A DNA stretch of 64,000 nucleotides from Bifidobacteriaceae bacterium (lineage in GTDB: Bacteria > Actinomycetota > Actinomycetes > Actinomycetales > WQXJ01). A program made the position numbers and the translations under genes. Location: positions 44,463 through 108,462 of the forward strand of contig JAIRXP010000030.1 of NCBI GenBank assembly GCA_031268215.1, written 5' to 3'. Of the stretch, positions 48,463-56,662 are shown in pieces; position 1 is the stretch's first letter; each line of letters opens with the position of its first letter. A model generated the notes under the pieces. That model saw nothing but the letters and a program-made list of their open reading frames with translations. It had not been told where the DNA came from and did not search any database.

Positions 48463-49559
48463 TGGCCGGCCTCCGGTGAATAGATCGCACTCGCCAGGGC
48501 GTTCAGCACATCCGGGCTGGCAGGTCCAAACGACAAGATCTGGGTGTCATCCATGTCAACAATTCGGCGCTTGATGCCCGCGGGAGTCGAAGCCACCGCC
48601 GGCAGCTTTTCCAACAGCCCATCCACTCCACCAACCGATTCCAGCCCGCCCGTCATCACCAGGATCAAGTCCGGGTTCATGGCCACCAAGCCCTCATCCG
48701 TCACCGGCTGCATCCCCTTCCAGCCCACCTCACTCGCCACATCAATCCCGCCCAGGGCGGTGATCAGCGAATCCGTTCCTGAACCTTCCCCAAACAGGTA
48801 ATAGACCCCTGCGTTGCCCCGCAGGTATAAGAAGGCCATCCTGAGCTGGTCCGCGGCGTTGTCTGGCACCGCCTGGCCAATCGCCTGCCGCGCGCTGTCG
48901 ATCCGTTCTTGAGTCCTCAGCGCCAGCTTCTGCCCGTCCTCGGGCAGCCCGAGCGCCGCGGCGACTTGATTGATCAGATCAGCCGTGGTGTCCAATGACC
49001 GGTGTGAATCCACAACCACCACTGGGATACCCGAGTCCCGCATCTGCAGCAGCACGTCCCACGGACCCAACGACGTATCAGAGATGATCACCGAGGGCGC
49101 CAGCTCCAGGATCGCCTCCGCACTCAGCGTGTGGCCGGAAGGTGTCACATTAGGCCGGTCCACGATCTCCGGGAAAGCCGAGGAAGTGTCCCGGCCTATC
49201 ACGTTGTCCCCCAGTCCCAATGAGAACACGATCCGGCTGGTGGTGCCGTACAGATCAATCGCCAAGATCCGGCTCACATCCGTGATGGTCACTTCAGTTC
49301 CTTGAGCATCTGTCACCTCCGCAGGCAAAGACGGCCGAGGCTCGTCCGTCACCGGCTCTATAGCGGATTCAGCAAGGACGGCCGTCGACGGCCCTTCGTA
49401 GGCCTTGGGATCATCCACCGCGGTGGCGGGGTCGAAGGACTGGGGGCCGGCGCCGCTGGCGCCGGCCCCCGTCCCCCCGCATCCACCGACGGCCGTCACC
49501 AGGAAAGCCACCGCTACTGTCCCGAAGCGCTGGCTGCCCTTTAGCCGTCTGATTGTCAC
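48459..49559 (-). CDS. hmuT: Heme/iron-complex ABC substrate-binding lipoprotein (HmuT-like)
   Basis: ORF 48459..49637. I prefer GTG 49559 (VTIRRLKGSQRFGTVAVAFLVTAVGGC, lipobox VGGC) because GGAGGGG lies ~8-10 nt upstream and the ATG at 49637 would sit 6 nt from the DtxR-like operator. Class III (TroA/HmuT-like) binding-protein pattern. Confidence 0.8.
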   Translation of the reverse strand: MTIRRLKGSQRFGTVAVAFLVTAVGGCGGTGAGASGAGPQSFDPATAVDDPKAYEGPSTAVLAESAIEPVTDEPRPSLPAEVTDAQGTEVTITDVSRILAIDLYGTTSRIVFSLGLGDNVIGRDTSSAFPEIVDRPNVTPSGHTLSAEAILELAPSVIISDTSLGPWDVLLQMRDSGIPVVVVDSHRSLDTTADLINQVAAALGLPEDGQKLALRTQERIDSARQAIGQAVPDNAADQLRMAFLYLRGNAGVYYLFGEGSGTDSLITALGGIDVASEVGWKGMQPVTDEGLVAMNPDLILVMTGGLESVGGVDGLLEKLPAVASTPAGIKRRIVDMDDTQILSFGPASPDVLNALASAIYSPEAGQ

Positions 49560-49642
49560 TGTGATGTCCCCTCCGCATCTATGGATACGACGCCCCTCGC
49601 AGGCCCACTCACCCTCCGTGACCGCCCTGCAAGGCACTTCGC

Positions 49643-49676
49643 TTAGGTAAGCCTAACTTAGGCTAGCCTTACTTCC
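49643..49676. promoter_or_regulatory. Two overlapping DtxR/IdeR-type iron boxes upstream of hmuT
   Basis: TTAGGTAAGCCTAACTTAG (49643-49661) matches TWAGGTWAGSCTWACCTWA at 17/19. TTAGGCTAGCCTTACTTCC (49658-49676) matches at 15/19. Confidence 0.6.
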
Positions 49677-49814
49677 ACATCGCGTCCACTATCCGGACAT
49701 CACCCCAGTTCTCCCTCGATTCCAGGCCCGCAATGAAGTTCACCTGGGCTCCCCGCGCGGTCGGCTCAGACCGCCGCCCGCCGCTTTCAAACACGGGCGG
49801 GTCATTAACGCCAA

Positions 49815-49844
49815 GTGGCCCCGGCGCCTAAGCGCCGGGGCCAC
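49815..49844 (-). terminator. Strong GC hairpin downstream of cydB
   Basis: GTGGCCCCGGCGC-ctaa-GCGCCGGGGCCAC, a perfect 13-bp stem with a 4-nt loop, ~48 nt after the cydB stop (49892). Only a weak T-run follows on the minus strand (ttggcgtt). Confidence 0.6.
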
Positions 49845-49891
49845 CCGTCTCATGGAGGCTTAGCCTCCTAGTTGAACCTTCACCGTGCGGT

Positions 49892-51913
49892 CTAGATTCC
49901 TGATTCCACGGGAATCCGTTCGGCGCTGATGCGCTTCCGGAACACCCAGATTGACCAGGCCTGATAGGCCAGCACAATCGGCACCAGGCAGGCCGCCACA
50001 ACGGTCATTAGCTGGAGCGTCTTCTCGCTGGAAGCGGCCGCGTACATCGGCTGGCCGGTGATGACATCGCCATCATCGAAGTGCTCCAACGTCGTGTGCT
50101 CCGCCAGGACGCCCAACGTCACCAAGGCGTCCAGCGCCTCATTGGCGTTGTCAATCGCCGGGTTCAGGTTGGCCAGGCCAAGGTCGTTGTTCCAGGCATC
50201 ACCGTTAGCGATCTCGGTGACATCCATTCCGTCGACGAACCGCGACGTGTCCGGGTTGTCGGCCACAGAATCCAGCACGGCTTGCACCTTCAACAGCACG
50301 CCCTGCACGCTGATTGGGAGCTGGTTGATCGCGGCCTGAACGGTCTTTTGGACCTCGCCCACGATCGTCTCGGCCGGCAGGCCAGCGATGGTCGTCTTGC
50401 CATTGGTGACAACCTCCACCACGTCCGCTACCACGGTGTCGACCGTCTTCTGGTCAGTCGGCAGATCGTTGCGGGCCAATGTGATCGTCACCGCCGTGAT
50501 CACGTCGCCGGCCGGAACCACCCCAGCCGCCACCGTGGCTCCGTCATTGGCGATAGCCGGTACGTCCTCCAGGATCGCATCGGTCAATGCCACTGCGGCG
50601 TCGGTCGGCTCGGCCGAGACATCCGCATAGGTCAATGAACCGTTCGCAAGCGCGGCGCCAACCCTCTCGAAGCACTTGGCGACAACCATCTCGACATCCG
50701 CCTGTGGCAAGAATCCGGCGATCATCTCATCACCAGCCAAGACGCTACCCAGGATGGCCGGGGTAAGTGTGTTCGTCGTGTATTCCGACGGCTCACCCTG
50801 CAATTCGGCTCCCGCAGTCGCTGCCACCTGCTCAAATGTCAGGTTCACCACGTCTTCGAGAGTGACGCCATCGAGAACCACCGCCCCGACAATCGGATCA
50901 TCAATCGCATCGCCCTTAATGGCGACATTCGAACCGTTGATCACATTCGGGAACAGCGTCGCGAAGATCGTCACCACGGCGGCCAGCAAAGCCACCGTCA
51001 TGGAGACGAACGCCAGACCAGACTTCCGCACCATGGTTGTAACCACCACCACGATCAAGGCAACCGCCGCCACCGCGATGGCGCCCCAGATCAGAGTTGA
51101 CGGGTGGTTATGGCCAGCGAACTTCAGCCCCAACCAAACAACCCAGATAGCTGAGATGACGGTGGCCACGATTGACAGCACCGGCGCCAGCTTCTCAGAT
51201 TGTTCGCGGACCTCTCCGTCAGTCTTCAAAGACAGGAAGATCGCGCCATGGGCCAGGAACAGGGATGCCGTGGTCAACCCACCTAACAGCAGGAAGCCCC
51301 CGTGACCGACCACTAGGTCCATGAAGGTGCCGTTATAGACAATCTTCGATGGGCCAATCTGGGCCGGGTCAACGGCTGCTTTGACGCCAGCCACCAAGTT
51401 GGCGAAGGCCACGCCCCACAGGATCGCAGGCAGCCACGAGCCGAGCACGATGCAGAAATCCCACAACTTGCGCCAGCCGTCGCCATTGATCTTGCCGCGG
51501 TATTCAAACGCCACGGCGCGGATGATCAAACCAACCAGAATCAGGAATAGCGGCAGGTACGCCGCGCTGAACAGGGTCGCGTACCACTCCGGGAAGGCGG
51601 CGAAGGTGGCACCACCAGCGGTCAGTACCCAAACCTCGTTGCCATCCCATAGCGGGCCGATTGTGGAGAGCATGGCCCGGCGCTCGTTGTCGCGCTTGCC
51701 AATGATTGGCAGCAACATACCAACGCCAAAGTCAAAGCCCTCAAGGACCAGGTAGCCGGTCCACAGAACGGCGATCAGGCCGAACCAGAGCAACTGCAGG
51801 CCTGTCGGGGCCTCCGCCAAACGGTGGAGCAGCCCAACCAGTGCGTTGGCGGTTGCTTCGGTCTCGTCGGCGTTGGCCGCCGCCGGAGCCAGAGCGAGAA
51901 TGTTAGTCAACAT
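49892..51913 (-). CDS. cydB: Cytochrome bd ubiquinol/menaquinol oxidase subunit II with a ~300-aa insertion
   Basis: 673 aa versus ~330-380 for typical CydB. Canonical blocks LQLLWFGLIAVLWTGYLVLEGFDFGVG, GPLWDGNEVWVLTAGGATFAAFP and the terminal helix LVPIVLAYQAWSIWVFRKRI. AAGGAG SD 8 nt before ATG 51913. Insertion between ...IFATLFPNV (aa ~324) and YAAASSEKTLQLMT (aa ~624). Confidence 0.85.
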   Translation of the reverse strand: MLTNILALAPAAANADETEATANALVGLLHRLAEAPTGLQLLWFGLIAVLWTGYLVLEGFDFGVGMLLPIIGKRDNERRAMLSTIGPLWDGNEVWVLTAGGATFAAFPEWYATLFSAAYLPLFLILVGLIIRAVAFEYRGKINGDGWRKLWDFCIVLGSWLPAILWGVAFANLVAGVKAAVDPAQIGPSKIVYNGTFMDLVVGHGGFLLLGGLTTASLFLAHGAIFLSLKTDGEVREQSEKLAPVLSIVATVISAIWVVWLGLKFAGHNHPSTLIWGAIAVAAVALIVVVVTTMVRKSGLAFVSMTVALLAAVVTIFATLFPNVINGSNVAIKGDAIDDPIVGAVVLDGVTLEDVVNLTFEQVAATAGAELQGEPSEYTTNTLTPAILGSVLAGDEMIAGFLPQADVEMVVAKCFERVGAALANGSLTYADVSAEPTDAAVALTDAILEDVPAIANDGATVAAGVVPAGDVITAVTITLARNDLPTDQKTVDTVVADVVEVVTNGKTTIAGLPAETIVGEVQKTVQAAINQLPISVQGVLLKVQAVLDSVADNPDTSRFVDGMDVTEIANGDAWNNDLGLANLNPAIDNANEALDALVTLGVLAEHTTLEHFDDGDVITGQPMYAAASSEKTLQLMTVVAACLVPIVLAYQAWSIWVFRKRISAERIPVESGI

Positions 51914-51934
51914 CAGATTTTCTCCTTAGCTCCG

Positions 51935-53461
51935 TCAGTACGAGAAGGTCAGCGGCTTGGAGTCATCCAAGTCGGCCTTCAGTTCGGGAATTTCTTCGTG
52001 ATAGTTCAAGCCCTTGGCGGTGTACCTCTTCATGAGGTAGAACCAAGCGACGGCGAGCACCAGATAGAGGAGGGTGAATCCGACCACCGTGATCCAGATG
52101 GAACCCGCGCTGACGACCGGCGACACAGCGTTGGCCGTGGCCAGAGACAGGTCTGTCTCCACGCCCGTCAACACGTGCGTAGTCGGATCCAGCGATACCA
52201 CCGGATAAACGATGAACGGCTGCCGCCCCATCTCAGTGAAGATCCAGCCGAACGCCGCTCCGAGGAACGGAGTTGGCAAAGACACACCAGCCAGCAGCTT
52301 CAGCAGACCGCTGCCGCTGGTCCGTCCGCCACGCAAGGCGATCAACCCAATCACGGCCAGCAGCGCTGAGAAGATGCCAAAGGCGATCATCAGCCGGAAG
52401 GTCCAGAAGACGACCTGCTGGTTCGGAATCCAGTCGAGTCCCTCAGCTTCTTCCGGCGTCAGATAGGCGTCATCGAGCATCTCTTCAGCAGTATCCATGC
52501 CGTTGACCTGTGCGTCTCCGTCGTTCCAGGCCAGCAGGGACAGCATCTTCGGGATCTCAATCAAGCGGATCTCAGGGTCACTCCACTCACCCTCGGCGTT
52601 CTGCACGCACTCACCGAAGGCGATCACTGTAAACGCGGCGCCCTCACCGGGTTCAGGTGTGGTGCAAAGCAACTCCGCAGCGGCCATCTTGGTCGGTTGG
52701 AGTTCCGTGATCACTTGGGCTTGATGGTGGCCGGAAAGGAGCAGCGAGATGCCCCCTATCAGCACGGCCACGCAGCCAACCACGCCACCCTTGCGGTAGA
52801 CCTGGGCTGCCGCCTCATCCCCGGACCGCACCGCCTTGACGACCCACCAAATGGCGATCGCACCCATGAAGGTGCCCGCCACCACGAAGGCCGTGGAGAT
52901 GACGTGCCAGAAGGTGGACAGCGACAACGGCGAGAACAGCACGGTGCCAAGGTTGTCCATGGCCGCGCGCTGCAACTCCGCATCGAACTTAGCGCCAGTC
53001 GGGTACTGCATGAAGGAGTTCGCGGCCAGGATGAAGAAGGCCGAGAGGTTGACGGCGAAGGCCACCAGCCAGATGGTCAACAGGTGGACACCGCGCGATA
53101 GGCGGCCCCAGCCGAAGATCCAGATACCTAAGAAGGTAGATTCAACGAAGAACGCTGCTAGCGCCTCCATAGCCAACGGTGCGCCGAAGATGTCACCCAC
53201 CATGCGAGAGTATTCGGACCAGTTCAGTCCGAATTGGAACTCTTGCACGATGCCGGTGACAATGCCCAGCGCGAAGTTGATCAATAGTAGTTTTCCAAAG
53301 AAGCGTGTCAGGCGGTACCACTCGTCTTTGCCGGTCTTGAACCAGAATGTCTGGAGCAAGGCGACCAATGGCGTCAAGCCAATGGTCAACGGCACGAAGA
53401 TGAAGTGGTACACAGTTGTGATGCCGAACTGCCATCTAGCCAGATCAAGCGCGTCTTGCAT
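51935..53461 (-). CDS. cydA: Cytochrome bd oxidase subunit I
   Basis: ORF 51935..53626 trimmed to MQDALDLARWQFGITTVYHFIFVPLTIGL (ATG 53461, 508 aa). Q-loop region and typical CydA blocks (GWIFTEMGRQPFIVY). Confidence 0.9.
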   Translation of the reverse strand: MQDALDLARWQFGITTVYHFIFVPLTIGLTPLVALLQTFWFKTGKDEWYRLTRFFGKLLLINFALGIVTGIVQEFQFGLNWSEYSRMVGDIFGAPLAMEALAAFFVESTFLGIWIFGWGRLSRGVHLLTIWLVAFAVNLSAFFILAANSFMQYPTGAKFDAELQRAAMDNLGTVLFSPLSLSTFWHVISTAFVVAGTFMGAIAIWWVVKAVRSGDEAAAQVYRKGGVVGCVAVLIGGISLLLSGHHQAQVITELQPTKMAAAELLCTTPEPGEGAAFTVIAFGECVQNAEGEWSDPEIRLIEIPKMLSLLAWNDGDAQVNGMDTAEEMLDDAYLTPEEAEGLDWIPNQQVVFWTFRLMIAFGIFSALLAVIGLIALRGGRTSGSGLLKLLAGVSLPTPFLGAAFGWIFTEMGRQPFIVYPVVSLDPTTHVLTGVETDLSLATANAVSPVVSAGSIWITVVGFTLLYLVLAVAWFYLMKRYTAKGLNYHEEIPELKADLDDSKPLTFSY

Positions 53462-53577
53462 GTGCACCTCCGCGGTGAGGTTAGGGAACGAAAGGGACAG
53501 ATTTGTAGTTGTTACTACGAGCAGGGACAAGGGTGCCCCGGAGCCTTGTCTCACGGTAGGGTGAAGAGACCGCCAAT

Positions 53578-53597
53578 CCTGGGACTTAGGTCCCGAA
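53578..53597. promoter_or_regulatory. DosR/DevR-box-like palindrome in the cydA / radical-SAM divergent intergenic region
   Basis: CCTGGGACTTAGGTCCCGAA versus the M. tuberculosis DosR consensus TTSGGGACTWWAGTCCCSAA. The GGGAC/GTCCC half-sites are perfect and 13 of the 14 core positions match. 117-136 nt upstream of cydA ATG 53461 and 75-94 nt upstream of 53672. Confidence 0.45.
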
Positions 53598-53671
53598 GCC
53601 TTCACAGTTTCTGCTAACTTCTTCACCGTTGAGCCTCTTTGGGCGCGGTGCTTCAGTAAGACTACTTATCG

Positions 53672-55657
53672 TTGATGACACGATTTGACAACGTACAGAC
53701 AGGGAGTTTCATGCCAGGCCGCACACAGCCAGCGAAGACCAGACCGGAGCCAGCGCCAGATTCGCTCTGGCCCCGTATCGAGACCCTGCTCAGCCAGGTT
53801 CAAGACCCGGTCCAATACCTCGGTGGCGAGACGAACTCGCAGGTCAAGCCTTGGAACCTGGGATTGACCCCGACAGTCCGTTGGGTTCTGGCCTTCCCCG
53901 ACGCCTACGGCGTGGCGGTACCGAATCAAGGCCTGCAGATGCTCTACGAGATCATCAATGAACGGCCTGACGCCTTGGCAGAGAGGGCCTACGCCCCTTG
54001 GCCAGACATGGAAGCGGCGATGGCGGCGGCCGGCCTGCCATGGTTCACGGTCGAGTCGCATCGCCCGGCACGGAGTTTCGACGTCATCGGCGTGTCGTTA
54101 TCCACCGAACTCGGCTACACCAACCTGCTCACCTGCCTGAGCCTGTCCGGGATCCCGCTGCACGCCGCCAAACGCCAAGAGACGGACCCAATAGTGATAG
54201 TTGGCGGCCACTGCGCCTTCAACCCAGAACCGCTGGCGGACTTCATCGACGGCGCCGTCCTGGGCGATGGCGAAGAAGTGGTGGGCGACATAACTGAGGT
54301 GGTCGGCCGCTGGAAGGCGACTGGCCGAAGCGGCGGACGGGAAGGTCTGTTGCGGAGCCTGGCCCAGGGCGACCTGGCCTACATCCCCTCGCTTTACAAC
54401 GTCACCTACGACCAGTCCACTAGGCAGATCGCCCAGGTCCGGCCTCGGGACACCGGCGTTACGGCCCGCCCAGCCAAGAAGACCGTCCTTGACCTGGATC
54501 AGTGGCAGTATCCCAAGGCGCCACTGGTGCCCTTCGCGGAGACTGTCCATGAGCGTGCCTCAGTGGAAATCTTCCGCGGGTGCCTGCGCGGTTGTCGCTT
54601 CTGCCAGGCCGGAATGATCACCCGACCGGTCCGCGAGCGCAGCGCCGCCGTGGTCCAGCGGATGGCCCGTCAGGCCCTCGACGCGACCGGTTTCGATGAA
54701 GTTGGCCTGCTGTCCTTGTCATCCGCTGACCACTCCCAGATAGCGCCCATGGCCCGAGCCATGGCCAACGAGTACGAAGGCACGCGAACAGGCCTGTCAC
54801 TGCCTTCGACCAGGGTGGACGCCTTCAACCTCGAATTGGCCCAGGAACTGACCCGGGGCGGGCGCCGGCCCGGACTGACCTTCGCGCCTGAGGGAGGCAG
54901 CGAACGAATCCGCCAAGTCATCAACAAACAAGTCACCGAGGAAGATCTGATCGCCACGGTGACCACCGCCTTCGGCCAGGGCTGGCGGTCAGTCAAGCTC
55001 TACTTCATGTGCGGATTACCCACCGAGCGGACCGAAGACGTCACCCAGATAGCCGACCTAGCCCGGAAAGTGATTGAGGCGGGGCGGCGGACCACCGGCT
55101 CCAAGGACATCTCCTGCACCATCTCAATTGGGCCGTTCGTGCCCAAGCCGCACACGCCGTTCCAATGGGCCGGCCAGTGTCCCCCAGCCGAGACCGATTC
55201 CCGCCTGACCGCGTTGCGCCAGGCCGTGGCCGCCCAGGGCCGCCCAGGCCGCTCTGTGTCCATCCGTTCCGCGCCGGGGCGCCCGGCCATGCTGGAGGGG
55301 CTGTTGTCACGCGGGGACCGGCGGGTAGGGGCGGTGATCGAACACGCCTGGCGGGCCGGGGCACGCTTTGACGGCTGGCGCGAGTATCTCGACATGGACC
55401 TTTGGGAGGCCTCGGCGGCGGCCGTCCTGGAGCCGCAGGGTCTTTCCCTAGACTGGTATACCACCCGCGAACGAAGTTTCGATGAAGTCTTGCCCTGGGA
55501 TCACCTTGATGCAGGCCTGGACCGCGAATGGCTGTGGGACGATTGGGCCGCCGCCATCATTGGCGAGGGCGTTGAAGACTGCCGCTGGTCAAGCTGTTAT
55601 GACTGCGGCGTCTGCACTCTATTGGGCAGCGAAATCCAGTTGGCGGCGCGACAGTGA
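53672..55657 (+). CDS. B12-binding-domain radical SAM protein (TIGR03960-like, rne-associated)
   Basis: 661 aa. CxxxCxxC cluster motif FRGCLRGCRFCQAG. N-terminal VQDPVQYLGGETNS typical of this family. 4-nt overlap with the next gene. Confidence 0.85.
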   Translation: MMTRFDNVQTGSFMPGRTQPAKTRPEPAPDSLWPRIETLLSQVQDPVQYLGGETNSQVKPWNLGLTPTVRWVLAFPDAYGVAVPNQGLQMLYEIINERPDALAERAYAPWPDMEAAMAAAGLPWFTVESHRPARSFDVIGVSLSTELGYTNLLTCLSLSGIPLHAAKRQETDPIVIVGGHCAFNPEPLADFIDGAVLGDGEEVVGDITEVVGRWKATGRSGGREGLLRSLAQGDLAYIPSLYNVTYDQSTRQIAQVRPRDTGVTARPAKKTVLDLDQWQYPKAPLVPFAETVHERASVEIFRGCLRGCRFCQAGMITRPVRERSAAVVQRMARQALDATGFDEVGLLSLSSADHSQIAPMARAMANEYEGTRTGLSLPSTRVDAFNLELAQELTRGGRRPGLTFAPEGGSERIRQVINKQVTEEDLIATVTTAFGQGWRSVKLYFMCGLPTERTEDVTQIADLARKVIEAGRRTTGSKDISCTISIGPFVPKPHTPFQWAGQCPPAETDSRLTALRQAVAAQGRPGRSVSIRSAPGRPAMLEGLLSRGDRRVGAVIEHAWRAGARFDGWREYLDMDLWEASAAAVLEPQGLSLDWYTTRERSFDEVLPWDHLDAGLDREWLWDDWAAAIIGEGVEDCRWSSCYDCGVCTLLGSEIQLAARQ

Positions 55658-56547
55658 GCGCCGCCCCGCCCCCAGACCGGACGGGATCGCCCAGCCCCGC
55701 CAGCCCGGTCCGCCGCCAGCGCCCGATGCCGTCCACGCCGCCGCCGCCCCCTGCCGTCCAAACGCTCGCCTTGCGTTACGCCAAACGGGGTCCACTGCGC
55801 TTCGCTTCGCACCGGGTGATCCAGCGGACCTTCGAACGAGCAGTCCGCCGAGCCAGCTTGCCGGTCGCCTTCTCCGCCGGATTTACACCCCACCCGCGCC
55901 TTTCCTATCTGGGCGCGGCGCCAACCGGCGCCGCCTCCGAGGCCGAATACATGCTGATCCGTTTGGCTGAAGAATTGCCGCCGGACCAGGTGCGGGACCG
56001 GACTGACCGCGCCATGCCTCGCGACCTGCCGGTAGTGGACGCCTGCGTCTGGGATTCGGCCGCTCATGGAGACATCGCCAAGCTGCTGACCGCCTCCGCC
56101 TGGCGGATTAGGCTGGACCACCTATCGCCTAGCGCCCTGACCGCTTCAGTGGCCCGTTTCTTGGCCCTGGAGAGCTATGAGGCGGAACAGTTACGGCCAG
56201 GACCGCCCGGCGGCTTTGAGCGCTCCCCCGGCCGCCGCGGAGTCAAGCCCGCCCGGCGTATTGAGGTCCGGAAAAACGTCTTGGCGATGACCGTTCAGGG
56301 GGAGCCGGCCGCCACGCCGCCGGGACTGGCCGGGCCCGGTCCGGGCGGTTCCGCGACTGCCTGTGCCATACTGGATGTGGTCTTGCGGCACGCCACGCCG
56401 GCCGTCAGACCAGATGATGTCATCGCCGCCCTCGTGGTAAACGGCCTCGAAATAGGGTTGCCGCCTTGTGCGACCCGGCTAGCCCAGGGTGAGTATTCGG
56501 TCGAGGCAGGGGTCATTCAAGAGCCCTTCTCCCGGATCCGGGTGTAG
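55654..56547 (+). CDS. DUF2344 / TIGR03936-like radical-SAM-associated protein
   Basis: 297 aa. LRYAKRGPLRFASHRVIQRTFERAVRRASLPVAFSAGFTPHPRLSY matches the conserved N-terminal block of this family. Invariably follows the TIGR03960-type gene in Actinomycetota. Confidence 0.8.
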   Translation: MSAAPPPDRTGSPSPASPVRRQRPMPSTPPPPPAVQTLALRYAKRGPLRFASHRVIQRTFERAVRRASLPVAFSAGFTPHPRLSYLGAAPTGAASEAEYMLIRLAEELPPDQVRDRTDRAMPRDLPVVDACVWDSAAHGDIAKLLTASAWRIRLDHLSPSALTASVARFLALESYEAEQLRPGPPGGFERSPGRRGVKPARRIEVRKNVLAMTVQGEPAATPPGLAGPGPGGSATACAILDVVLRHATPAVRPDDVIAALVVNGLEIGLPPCATRLAQGEYSVEAGVIQEPFSRIRV

Positions 56548-56662
56548 ACATCAGGCAGCAAGAGGCTTACACGGCCCATACGCCTGGAAACGGGCGGGGC
56601 AGTGCACCAAACCGGCAGCCGCCGGCCATGGCGTGGTGGCTCGGCGGCGCCATGGAGTAATC

